A DNA stretch of 64,000 bases, from NCBI GenBank assembly GCA_964016885.1, contig OZ024742.1, positions 261,206,001 through 261,270,000 on the forward strand, written 5' to 3'. Source of the stretch: Eledone cirrhosa. Taxonomy: Eukaryota. Both the position numbers and the translations under genes were made by a program. Below the pieces are notes generated by a model. That model had not been told where the DNA came from, ran no database searches, and worked only from the letters and a program-made list of their open reading frames with translations. Shown piece after piece: positions 41,684 to 54,764 of this stretch. How positions within the stretch are numbered: position 1 is the first letter of the stretch; every line of letters begins with the position of its first letter.

Positions 41684-43146
41684 GCGCGTGTGTATGTGCG
41701 TGTGTGTATATGCGTGTGTGTGTATGTGCATCTGTGCGTGTTACGTTAGAAAATGAGGATTATGTCAACATAAGTATGATGGTGGAGTATATATAGATAC
41801 ATACATATTTACGTACAGAAACACTACACTCTATATTTATTTCAGTGTAGTTTTTCCTACTGATGGCATTGTATATTGCCTTATCCTCTCTCTTTCTTTT
41901 CGTTTTTTTTTAAATTATGTAAACGTTGATGAATTGGAAATTTCTTTATTTTTATTTTTAAATGAAATAAATCATTATATATGAAGTAGATAGAGAGATA
42001 GATAAATATATAAATTGATAGATAGATTGACAGACTGTGTGTGCAAGGCAACATGTCTACTCTTTTGTAGTAGTCACAAGGAAACCAATAAATGTATTTA
42101 TTTCAAGAATATTTATTAACCAATAAATGTATTTATTTCATGAATAATAAAACTTATCAAGGTATTTGAAGTAGGAATTAAAGCTTTATGTGAGATCACA
42201 GAACATATTCAGTCGTTTGAAAAAGAAAAGAAGAAAAGGGAGTGGATGGTATATTTTTAATATCGACAGTCGATCGACTCTCGTCAAATCGGACCGAGGA
42301 AACAATTTTTCTGGTAGTCTTTCCAATTGCTAATACTATCTACCGGTCGCAGCTCCAGGTAGAAGGAGCAACGTGAAATAAAGAGTCTAGCTCAAGGACA
42401 TAACGCATCGCCCGGTCCAGCAATCGAACTGACAATCTCACAATTACGAATCCAATTCTCTAATCACTCAGCCACGCGCCTTTAATATATGTACGTTTAA
42501 ATAAGATATTGTTATTCTAATAATTCTTTACTCAGTGAGCCTAAGTTTCCCTAAGTTCCAGTTATTTTCTTCTAGTCAATATTCTTCTTGTAGATATCGA
42601 TATTCCCGTTTGAAATCCATTTAGATCTAAATTTAAGCTAATGTGGAAGAGACTTGTCCTCAAATGTCTTTATTGTTCAAATGGGAGCAATTCACGAGTC
42701 CTACATCAATAAGCTGGCTTAGTCAGGAAAAGGGTCTGCATCCATGATGTTTGCAGGCCCTCTGGGATGAATATGATTCATAGTATTTATATTCACCTCC
42801 AACATTTGTAGGTCAGGAAAGGAATTTCAGATAGTTTTTTTTATCAAGCGATGAATCGACGCTATTTTATTGTTTCTTCATTATCGATTACATTAGTAGG
42901 ATGCAGAAGCTGACTGGGTTTTAATATCAGTGATACTGGCTGTTGACTGTTGAGGAGGACCAGAAGTGTGTTTTCATGGCTCAGCTAAGGTCACACGGAC
43001 TAACAGACTGGTGAATGCTGAGGGATAGAGGTATGTTTTCACTGCTCAGCTATGACAACACAAGCTAACAAACTGCTGAGGACAAGACGTGTGTTCCCAC
43101 TGCTCAGCTACAGTAAGACTAGCTAACGGACTGCTTAGGAGCCATT

Positions 43147-43336
43147 GGTGGATTGGCAGTATCGGTAGAGGGTCGGACACCATGCTTTGACGCATAGAGT
43201 TACGGCCCTTGCGCTTCTGAGTTCAAATCCCGCCGAGGTTAACTTTACCTTTCATCCTTACGGGGTCGATAAAATAAAGTACCAGTAATGCACTGGGTAA
43301 TTGGTGGCCTTGTACCAAAAGTAGAAACAATTATTA
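43147..43336 (+). mobile_element. SINE family A
   Basis: Near-identical to 11159-11346. Confidence 0.85.
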
Positions 43337-43726
43337 CTGATAATATATTGATATTTCGTTATTTATGATCTACTACACGAATTCAGTAAACATTATACTT
43401 CGTGTAATTGTATACGAGGCGTACACATAGCTGTGTGGTTAAGGGGTTCACATAGTAATGACGTATTTCAGGTTAAGTCACACTGCGTAAAACCTTGGAC
43501 AAGTGTCTTCTACTATAGCCTCGGGTTGATCAATGCCTAGTGAGGGAAATTTGGTTGACATACACTGCCGTGTATATATATATATATATATATGTAGAAG
43601 TTCTATTTAAATTGTTGGGATACAACAAGCAAATATTTTTATAACTGATATAAAGCACTCAACAAATTATTGGAGTAAAAATACGATATATTAACAAATG
43701 GAAACTATATTTATAAAACCATATTT

Positions 43727-43789
43727 ATTTCATTATACATATTTCAAGGACACCAAGTTAAATTATGGTGTGCTTTCATCAGATAAAAT
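43727..43789 (-). ncRNA. Type I hammerhead ribozyme motif (mirror copy)
   Basis: Reverse complement of 43939-44001. Stem II acacca/tggtgt is fully paired. Confidence 0.75.
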
Positions 43790-43938
43790 ATAATATAGAT
43801 CAGTTTTATAAATAAATATTGACATACCCTTAAAGAATGCGACTATTTCTGTTGGAAGCTATCCGGGAGCTTCCAACAGTAATGGTTGCATTCTTTAAGG
43901 GTATGTCAATATTTATTTATAAAACTGATCTATATTAT

Positions 43939-44001
43939 ATTTTATCTGATGAAAGCACATCATAATTTAACTTGGTGTCCTTGAAATATGTATAATGAAA
44001 T
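43939..44001 (+). ncRNA. Type I hammerhead ribozyme motif
   Basis: ATTTTAT-CTGATGA-aag.acatca..tggtgt.ctt-GAA-ATATGTAT-A-ATGAAAT. AUA site after 43994. Confidence 0.75.
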
Positions 44002-44043
44002 AAATATGGTTTTATAAATATAGTTTCCATTTGTTAATATATC

Positions 44044-44081
<38 letters not shown>

Positions 44082-44299
44082 GATATATTAACAAATGGAA
44101 ACTATATTTATATATATATACATATGTGGTTGACTGCTGAGCGAAAAGAGTACTCAATACCGAAATCAAGTTTTAACATTCATTTTATTAAGGCTAAATA
44201 GTGAGTCTTGTTACTCTGGTTTTGCCTAGTTATCACAGGCTCACCAGGCAAGAACTAACGTTTCAATAACAAACCCAGTATAAATAAAATCCCACTTAG

Positions 44300-45210
44300 A
44301 AAAAGGATAGGTTACCCTTTAAAGCCGACCTAATCAACCTAATTAAAAAAATAAAATTAATAAAAACACAAATAAGTGCCAACAAAATCTCAAGGAACCT
44401 ATCGTACGGGCCGATAAAGTCAGGAAGACCTACAAATTAGATAAACTATCGTATGATTCACTATTGTTTGTAACATCACGGATACCCGCAAAAAACACAA
44501 CCACAGTGTGTACAACGATGAAGCAAGAACGCTCACTACACAACTGGGAATAGCAGACAGAGTTGAGCAGCTCACCCTACGAAAACCTTATCTCCTGTTG
44601 ATGGACCAAAATGTCGTCTAATCAATGAAGAGTGAAATGGGTAAAGTCAGCAAACAAATTCTCGACAATATAAACACCACAACCAGGAGATCTACAAATC
44701 TCAAGCAATGGAACAGTAACTGTGCTACTATAAAATGGTTGAATGACATAGACGACAAACATAACTGCAAGTTCATATAATTTGACATTCCTCGCGAGCT
44801 ACTCCTCCAGTCTCTGGAGTTCGAAAAAAACAAAACAACTACACTACCATAATAGACAACGACGTACAAATTATATTAAATGCGAGGAAGTCATTATTGG
44901 ACCACGATGTCTCTTTCACTCTGATGAACTCTTTGACGTCGCAATGGAGTGGGGTGACAGACCTTGTCGGGGTATACCTGATATAAACCCTGAAGAACAA
45001 GCTCCTAGGCGTTGAACTAGGGCTATACAGAGACGATGGACTCGGCATAGCATAGCCTACATCTGTAACGGGAACGATATGGATAAGCTGAGAAACACCA
45101 TAATTGGCGCGGTGAGACAACTAAACCAAAGATTCACTATTATAACCAACTTAAAAGTTGCAGATTTCCTGAATATAACCCTGGATCTAAACACGGGACA
45201 AAACCGTCTC
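44300..45210 (+). mobile_element. Penelope-like element RT remnant (LYRDDGL type)
   Basis: KQWNS....IKWL, FI*FDI, FDVAM, GLYRDDGLG, TNLKVADFLNITLDL. Frameshifted. Confidence 0.75.
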
Positions 45211-45452
45211 AATCAGCAGTCAATATTTATTTATAACTTTATAAAGTTATACGTAAATGAATCTCAATGAAATGATAAACTATATTAATAAATTATCCAC
45301 TCAGAGAAGTATTAGAATATATTAAACCTAAGTCATTGTTGAGCTGATTTAGACGGTTTTGGCTGCTATTTCCAGCGTCAATATAAGCCCGTCATATTGT
45401 ACTCATACATTAAGTAGAAAATATTCATACAGTAATTCCGCGTTGCAATACG

Positions 45453-46143
45453 TTGTTTCACCATGCCTGGCTCCATGCCCTGCCCTCCTTCTCCACTGGC
45501 ACGCAGCTAGACAACCATAGCCTGCGAATCGGCGTTTCCCTGAGGCTCGGCCTCCGGATCTGCCAGCCACACCAATGTCGCTGCGGTTCCACCGTGGACT
45601 CTTTCGGCCTCCACCAGCTTTCCTGTCGCCACAGTGGCAGCCGCATTCCACGCCATGCTGCCCTCAACGAGGTCATTAAGCATGGCTTGGACGCTGCAGG
45701 CCTCCCTTCCCAGCTCGAGCCGGTGGGGCTGGATCGAGGGGACAGCAAAAGGACAGATGGCATGACCATCTTCCCGTTCCGCGGTGGCAAACCCCTCGTC
45801 TGGGATGCCACTTACACCGACAGTTTCTGCAGCCGCAACCTGGTGCAGTCTGCGACTGACCCAGGTTCTGCTGCACGTCGGGCTGAGGGGGCCAAACTCC
45901 TCAAATACCGCTCGCTCTCCGACAGGTTTGCGGGCGTACCCCTGGCAGTGGAGACTTCTGGGTCCTCGGCCCCAGGGCTACCTCCTTACTCACCACCATA
46001 GGCGCTGAGCCGGCCAGCCGCAGGTGTGAGCCCCGCGAGTTGGAGTGGCTTTTCCAGCGCATGTCCCTTGCCGTCCTCCGGGGAAACGCCTTCTCCATTC
46101 TGTCCGCCGGGGCTGTGGGTGGGCCCTATCGCATACCGTTGTA
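45453..46143 (+). mobile_element. 3' fragment of a CRE-like non-LTR retrotransposon (Zn knuckle plus restriction-like endonuclease)
   Basis: AWLHALPS, LRLG..IC.PH.CRCG...H.LSC..RH, RTDG, WDAT, K..KY, PLAVET.G, FQRMSLAVLRGNA. GC-rich island. Confidence 0.85.
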
Positions 46144-46606
46144 GTTGTTGTATACAGATATCAACTCATCAATCCCATTGTCCTAATCCATAACATTAAA
46201 TAGGGTTTCTTAATACTGAATACATTCGGTATACAGGGTACTCTTTCATTTAATGGTATGGCATGGTATGTATGATATATATTCAATGTGTCTCTTTAGG
46301 GTCGAATATATTTTTGCGGTAATTCAGCTATACAACATCTTATTCACCATACGGTCTAGCAATGAAATGGTATGTATGATATATTTTCAACTTGTCCCCT
46401 TATTTCTATGAAGAATTCACTTCCCGGTGAAGGAACTTAAATTCTTCCAATATTGGTTATTCCAATGTCTTGGATTTGCTGATGTTGAATCTTGAGTTTC
46501 AGAAACCATTTTGGGGGTATTATATAAGTTAAAGCTGACTTCTTTAGCCGATTTGGCTTATAGCCCCACAAAATGAGATTTTAGCTTAAGTTTAATATAT
46601 ATATAT

Positions 46607-46717
<111 letters not shown>

Positions 46718-47564
46718 CGTGTATGTGTGCGTGTGTGTGTGTGAGTGTGTGAGTGTGTATATAAACATGAACACATGCATCCATCCATCCATCAAATCCA
46801 TACATACAGGCACTGAGATATGTTCGTAACTGCCTCAATACAAATCTTGACAAGCTGGGCTTCACAGAACCAGAAAGAACACGATTAGTTACGATATTAC
46901 AAGTACAATCCATTAATGGAACAGAAAAATATATAAAACTTCCAAAAATTCTGCATGTAATAACTGCATGTACACATGTACAGATACAAAATATATGCAC
47001 ATGCCCATATATACCTTAAAACATCCACATCCACACATACAATAACATCCATACCTGCACACACATGCATGCATGCAGCTATGCATACATATCTACCTAG
47101 TTGATGTCTAAATTCCAATGAAAGTCTTGCGTTTATGTTAAAAACCGACTCTCTCTATTGGCAAAAATTTATAAACTTATAACACCAGAATATACATACA
47201 TATGCGAGCAAACGTACATAAGCCTTATTATATATATATATAGATAAATATATATAGATTTAACGACAAGAAGTCTTTTCCTTAAAAGGTTTTTTGATAC
47301 ATGTTTCATTGAATCGTATGTGCAGAAATGCCTTTATGATCCATTCTTTTCATGTTGATGCAAATGCTGCCAAATTTGCTGTGACAATAATGACAAATTG
47401 ATAGAAAATGATCGGCTGTTAAATACAGCTATATATATATATATAAACGTGTGGGCTCGTATTGCTTCCTCGTTGAGTTAAACTGTCTTGTTGCGTACAT
47501 ATTTAAACACACATACACACACACACACACGCGCACACACACGCACACACACACACACACGCAC

Positions 47565-47668
<104 letters not shown>

Positions 47669-47904
47669 GCACGCACACACACACACACACACACTCACAC
47701 ACACACACACACACATGCATATATATATATATAACTCATACATTCATTACACACAACGGATATCTATCTACATAATGAAATTGATACATACGCATGCAGC
47801 GTACTGGTTTATAACTAAACTAAAACACTGCATCAAATACACTCTCCCCGCCCCCTCTCTCTCACACACACACACATTAACACATGCATGTATATGTACG
47901 TATG

Positions 47905-48021
<117 letters not shown>

Positions 48022-48065
48022 CTCAAACGGCCTACCGCATACGGACGCTTTAAGTATCCAACACC

Positions 48066-48113
<48 letters not shown>

Positions 48114-48262
48114 CATATCAAGGGAATTTTACCCGCCCTAGATATATATATATACATACATATTAGCAGATTGGCTGCTAATATGCAAATCAGGCCGATC
48201 AGTCACTGTGTATTTTTGAAAATAGCATTTCACTAGCTCTGACAGTTTGGCAGGTGAACAGT

Positions 48263-48312
48263 GAGCTGTACTGATGAAGGGTGATACCCAGAAACATTAG
48301 TGTCTGCAGTTC
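48263..48312 (+). ncRNA. Type I hammerhead ribozyme motif, canonical GUC
   Basis: GAGCTGTA-CTGATGA-aGGGTgatACCCa-GAA-ACAttagTGT-C-TGCAGTTC. Predicted cleavage after 48304. Confidence 0.88.
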
Positions 48313-48478
48313 TGTTCGCATGCCAACACAAGAGCAAGAATGAAGTGTTAATTCTACTGACATGGCTATAAAATTGAGGCTTGTTTGCATAATTGCAAAC
48401 GAATCGAATGTTATTAATATTCGAAAAACTCAGATTACATTTATTGTATTCAGCCATGTTGAGCGAAATTTTCTTTTT

Positions 48479-48572
<94 letters not shown>

Positions 48573-49209
48573 AGATAGATATATAGATATCTTGATAGAT
48601 AGATAGATAGATAGATAGATAGGCGCACCACAGATACATACTTAGCAGACACTAGAAGAATCGATTATTTAGTTTTGAACCTGTATTACGAGTAAAAGAG
48701 AAAAGAAAAGTTTTAACGATTTACGTTGAAATGCCATCTGTCATATGCAAAGCTGTAGTAACGTAGTTATAAAAAGCTGCAGTAATTGGGGGATGGTCTA
48801 TTAGCATTCTATAGGATGACTGTAGAGGTTTCGTTGGTGATGGCCTACAGAAACAGTAAATATAATTCGACAATTCCACTGATTCTTCTTAGATAAATCG
48901 CATTTAAAATGTAAATCGTGTTTAAGACGACAGTACGAAAACGTAGGTACGCTTGTCAATGGTTTCGGAGTATAAGATTAAAAGATGGTAGCATATTTTA
49001 TGAGTTGAATGAGTAGATGTAAACATGTTAGTCTTTAATATAAGATTGCTTTCGAGAGGTAACAATATTGGCATCTGTTCAGAATAGTGAGTAGTGATTA
49101 AACGATAGTTCTGACATGAATGATTTCGATGAGTCTTTTCAATGGAACAAAAGAAAATAGATCCAAGTAGCCATAATTTGCTTTGAATACGAGTGAGTAC
49201 CTAAAAGAG

Positions 49210-49292
<83 letters not shown>

Positions 49293-49368
49293 CGAAGGAA
49301 ATGTGGTAAGGAACCAGGTGGACCATAACGCACCAAAGTACTCAATACTTAGGGTAGTAGAGTGGGTA

Positions 49369-49500
49369 ATAGGAACGAGTAGGACCCCGACGGCTGAGCT
49401 CAAGCCGTTTCGACGGCTAATTCTGGACTAAATGATTTTAGTCCAGAATTAGCCGTCGAAACGGCTTAAGCTCAGCCATCGGGGTCCTACTCGTTCCTAT
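49369..49500. repeat. Foldback palindrome, 64-bp arms and 4-nt loop
   Basis: Centre GGACTAAA-tgat-TTTAGTCC, 2 mismatches, (TA)n flanks. Confidence 0.93.
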
Positions 49501-49612
49501 ATATATATGTATGAAGAAATTATGTTTGAAATGCGGTGAGCGAAGAAAATATTTTTTTACTATAATAGAGTCTAATAATGGAGCTTATAAACCCACTGAA
49601 TGGAATTATATA

Positions 49613-49683
<71 letters not shown>

Positions 49684-49720
49684 TGCGCGCACACACACAC
49701 ACACACATATATATGTGTGT

Positions 49721-49770
<50 letters not shown>

Positions 49771-49845
49771 CAAAATGACAAACAAACAAACAAACGCAGG
49801 AGTCAATGGTACAAAATGTTATTAGCTTCACGCTTGATGAGAGTG

Positions 49846-49898
<53 letters not shown>

Positions 49899-50253
49899 AT
49901 ATATATAGTTTAAGAATCTATACGCCTTCAAAGCGTAATATCATTCTCTAATTCTCTATAATAGTTTCTCATCGAGGCACGAAATTGTGAAGCGAACACA
50001 GCCATAAGGTTTGAAATAACGTTTTTGTTAATAAACTGTTTACTCTCTAGTTGTCGAGTTAAAATTTGCTAACCCAATATAGCGATGCTTTATTCACTCA
50101 CACATTTCAATGGTAAGTATTTTGTAACGGTCGTGGTGTCGTGATGTTAACAAAAATCCGTGCTCACGACTAGAACAGACACTGGCAAATCAGCGCAAAA
50201 CGGACAAGGGAATAATATCCTTTTTAGTAAACGCAAACTTGCCCCGCCTCTCC

Positions 50254-50332
<79 letters not shown>

Positions 50333-50341
50333 GCCCTCTCT

Positions 50342-50389
<48 letters not shown>

Positions 50390-50393
<4 letters not shown>

Positions 50394-50770
50394 GCACATT
50401 TCAATTTGGTGTTCGTGACTACCCTTAATTATGGTCATGAATTTTGGGTAGTGACCGAAAGAATACAATCTCGAATATAAGCGGCCGAAATAGGATTCCT
50501 CCGAAACGTCTTTGGAAATCAGGGAGTCGCTACAGGTAGGGCTTCTACTTCTCCGAATCATGAGATCACCGCTCCGGTGCTACTGATATGTGGTTAGAAT
50601 ATCTAAGGAAAGAATCACTGGACAGATTTTACGGGCAAAATCAATCGACAGGAGACCCAGGGGTAGTTCACGATCAAGGTGATTGGATAACATTCATGAG
50701 ATTTGTTGATCTCGTTTACGGATCCTGTCGGAACAAATTGCTTCTGATAGTATCTTCTGGAAGACATGTC
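50390..50770 (+). mobile_element. RTE-like LINE 3' fragment
   Basis: LNYGHEFWVVTERIQSRI.AAEI.FLR. Confidence 0.6.
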
Positions 50771-51095
50771 TGATCACTCTACCCAATGATCTATTTAGTC
50801 GTTGTATTGCGTACTCAGATTATATTTTTCTAAGATGTGAAATGTTTTACAACAGTTGCATATTCACGTACGATTTATTCATTGGTCGGTTCAGTAGATC
50901 TTGAGTATCTCCATATTGATTACACCATTCATGTCCTGTTTTGCTAGTTGCCATTCTGTCTATTTCATAAAATTGGTATTTGGGATCTAGGCTCACTAAA
51001 GATATTTTCGATATATATTATTTAGTATTTCTTTTCGTCATTGATCTGCTTAATGATTACATAATGTACCCCCTCTCTCTCTCTCTCTCTCTCCC

Positions 51096-51127
<32 letters not shown>

Positions 51128-51776
51128 CAAAAATATAGATTTTTCGTAAATAATTGCTTCTTAGATAATTCTGTTTATATTTCTAGACATTTATACATGC
51201 ACACACACGCACACACACACACGCACACACGCGCACACACGCACAAACACACACGCACACACACACTGTGGGTGCCACTGTGGCAACTGTTTATTTTGAT
51301 TTTGTTTTATTTATTCTGTAGAGGAGACAGAGGAGAATAATCATTGAGAAAGTTACAGAATGTGTGACGAAGGAGGTTTTACAATTAAATAACCATCTGG
51401 TTATTGAACTAACTGAGAATGGATTAGTTACCTGACTGATAATGAAAATCAAAGTAAAACTAAAATGATGTGTATTTTTATTGACAGCATGAGCCTCCCA
51501 AAGTTTAACAATATCTTTTTCAACACACGATTTCACATCAAGAATTTTGCAAAACAAATACAAAAACGAAATACGTACACCCTCACCCCATTCTCCCCTT
51601 CAACCCACCCACCCACTACCACACCGATGTCACCCCCACACCACCTGGGACCTATACCCCCTATCCCATTTATTTTTATTTTTATCATTATTTTTATTTT
51701 CTATTTTTTACTTTCTAACTTCCCCTCTTACACCACCCTGCTCCTTCTTAGAGTTCCTGTTCTGCCCCTATCTGAA

Positions 51777-51814
51777 CTTTCCTGATGAAGGACTTCTATC
51801 CGAAACGGTGAAAG
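51777..51814 (+). ncRNA. Minimal, probably degenerate hammerhead motif
   Basis: CTTTC-CTGATGA-aGGActtctaTCC-GAAACGGT-GAAAG. The cleavage triplet is imperfect. Confidence 0.55.
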
Positions 51815-51981
51815 CTCCTCCACTCTTCCACAAAGCGTGAACCTAATATAACTGTGTATAATTGTCTCCAGTGTTTTGCTCGTTCATTTTCAACTATATA
51901 TATATATATATATTTATTAAAATAACAGATTAAAGTTTAAGCAAAGAATCGCTGCTTTCACCCTTAACGGGATCTTATATA

Positions 51982-53599
51982 TATCAAAATAAAGATACGA
52001 AGGCATGGTATAAATTTCCAATCATTTTAATCACGACACATGTTTCAATAAGCGATTGTAATTTATGCATAGCTGAAACCTTTAATATTATTAGAGGCGG
52101 CCCCCTATTAATCAATAGGAGGGCGGATTTTTTCAGCAACTGCCAACATAGAACCTCGTTGTAACCTCCCACTAACTCCCCCCTCTCTACCCTAGCCATA
52201 GAGTTCTCTCAATTAGCACAAAACAGACAATCACACACTCAGGTAGTTAGACAGCTAAGATCGTTTGCGCACTTACAAACGGTACTCGGCCTGTTTCCAC
52301 AGAGTTCTCACAGCTGAGTGCACATTAGAATACCTAATTAGTAAATAGCTAGAATGATTACATACTCAGGTAAGACCGATTACGCGCATTCACCATTTCT
52401 TTAGGATACCCTAATCATTGAGTTCTCTCGGTTAGGATATAGCTAGACGTATTAGACACACAGTTAAGACCGATTACGCTCTCTATACATAACTCTACAC
52501 ACAGTACCCGGTTTCTTTAGACACGGAGTTCCCACAGTTATGACTGGTCACGTTCCTATCGATTGAACACTACACCAGGTTTTGATCCGTGATCATCTAA
52601 CCATGGAGTGCTCACGGTTACTGATTGAACAATAATACTTACACACCATTAATGGGCCTACACACATCCTCTGGGTTTTGCTATTTTTTGTTATTTTATT
52701 TTATTTTATTTTATTTTTATTTTTGTGTTGGATAACACACCTCCACCACTCAAACACCTATCTTAAAAGCCCAAAGGCCCATATGACGGGGAAACGCACA
52801 TACTGACACCTTAACCCAAATACCCAACCCTACACAGAGCCCCTTGTTGGCCTACATAGCGGTTGCTTGCACGCACAGATTTGGGGACTCAGATTCTCAA
52901 CGGCACATACTGAATTCGATATGAGCTGACTACTTGCTCTTCACATGGATCTGTATATACCTAAACATACACTTTTTTGGACGATACGGATGTGTCTATA
53001 CCATAACATACACTATTTGGAGATACGAATGTTACAATTCAATCTATACACGCATAGCAGAACTTACTGAACTTACTTGCGTGTGTACAGGGTTGCGGTT
53101 GACCCAATTTTTCCAATTTACATCGTCAAATTGAGATTTGACCAATGTAATATTTGTTGTTTTGTAAACTAACTTTCGGTGAATACGATGTTGGAATATT
53201 TATATTTTTTCTTTGACCTCGCGTCGGTGTGTGTGTGAGTGTGTGTGTGTGCCCACTCACATTAACTGTGACCGACTGTAATTCTACAGATTTGATTGAT
53301 GTCCAGCGTCTTTTACAGCTATTGGGATATAGAGACTTGATAGTTTTATGATCCTAACTGAAGACGATAGCAGTCGCCGTGTTTTTACTGCTTGATCTTC
53401 ATATGAGGGACTAAACTCTGTGAGTGAACATCGTTAATTTTCTCCCTCATATCAAGGATTTGAAGACAATTCATTTTCACCTGACGAGATCAGTGATAAT
53501 CGATCATGGCTATACGATCGATCTATCTCTTATTGAAACATGTGTCGTGATTAAAATGATTGGAAATTTATACCATGCCTTCGGATCTTTATTTTGATA
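51982..53599 (+). mobile_element. Non-coding 1.6-kb element with about 75-bp inverted termini overlapping a hammerhead (Penelope-like non-autonomous)
   Basis: 51982-52056 is the reverse complement of 53525-53599. Internal degenerate repeats. Confidence 0.65.
53471..53559 (+). ncRNA. Type I hammerhead motif with long stem II
   Basis: TCATTTTCAC-CTGACGA-(47 nt including an ATCGATC/GATCGAT hairpin)-GAA-ACATGTGT-C-GTGattAAAATGA. Confidence 0.7.
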
Positions 53600-53736
53600 C
53601 AAATACTCCGTTTTACATCATCTAGCTGTTCCCATAAATGGAATTGGAGATATACAAAAGCGTGGAGAACTTAATATTGGTAACAAAAATTTATTGGACC
53701 GTTTGACACGACCAATAATACACCTTACTATATAAC

Positions 53737-53782
<46 letters not shown>

Positions 53783-53854
53783 TGAAGTTTCCGTTGAAAA
53801 TTGAAAAAGTCATAGGAGTGAAGAGTGCTCTATGTAAGTACCAGAGCAAAATTG

Positions 53855-54002
53855 AATGTATAAAAAACAATACAATATAATTACCTCATTACCAGAGGTT
53901 TCCCGAATAAGACGAATACGAAAGAAACGTCTCTTTCGTATTCGTCTTATTCGGGAAACCTCTGGTAATGAGGTAATTATATTGTATTGTTTTTTATACA
54001 TT
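53855..54002. repeat. Perfect foldback palindrome, 71-bp arms and 6-nt loop
   Basis: Centre TACGAAAGA-aacgtc-TCTTTCGTA. Confidence 0.93.
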
Positions 54003-54764
54003 ATATATATATATATATATTTAAGAGTTAAACAAGATTCAATGAATACATCAAAGAATGAAGGAGTTTTACAATAGATTGGAAGCACTCTACAAGAAAT
54101 ATTTTCCAGAGTTATTAATATTAATTCCAAATATTAACAAAATAGATATTCTTGTGATCAAGTATATCTATATATAGTTTGTACAAATATCTTTATCTAG
54201 TGTAATAACATAATCGTAGTTGCATTTATATAAAACTACTAACAATGATTATAATTATTATTCTTTATTAAATGTATACCGTTTCATTAATACCTAGTAT
54301 ATCTATATATAGTTTGTACAAATATCTTTATCTAGTGTATTAACATAATCGTAGTTACATTTATATAAATAATTTAAACACTCAAATGACATTATTATAA
54401 GTGTTTGGTTTTCCCTGGAAGGTCGAACTTATTTAATCATTTACTTAAATACAATATATGAACAAATAATAAACTATAGTCTTGGTATATTATGATCAAT
54501 ACACACATATATATAGCTGAAAACTCTGACTTCTTTAAGTTTAATTATAAGACCTGTTAATACTTTAGGCACTCAAACTATTTAACAATAAACGGAAAAA
54601 ATGAAACAAAATTTCATTTCTCACTCTTAGTACGGCTGTTACTTAATTATAAGTATGTATACAGACGTACAGTAGTATATATATATATATATATATATAC
54701 ATACATACATGCACACATAGATATATGTACGTATGGATTCACCGAGCATTATAATAAATGTTCG

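Larger units (their letters stand above)
43681..44046. repeat. Foldback palindrome, arms about 180 bp and 7-nt loop
   Basis: Centre CTGTTGGAAGCT-atccggg-AGCTTCCAACAG. About 4 mismatches between the arms. Confidence 0.95.

Noticed and set aside
42550-42900. Possible further Penelope RT relic on the minus strand (LSQLIDVGL)
   Set aside because: Too degraded to support.
42950-43140. Three roughly 60-bp degenerate tandem units (GCTCAGCTA...CTAAC..ACTG)
   Set aside because: An ordinary minisatellite with no further signal.
52195-52625. CRISPR-like spacing of repeated motifs
   Set aside because: The repeats are short and degenerate, the spacing is irregular, there are no cas genes and the context is eukaryotic.
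53810-54130. Mirror-image ORFs on both strands
   Set aside because: A by-product of the palindrome.
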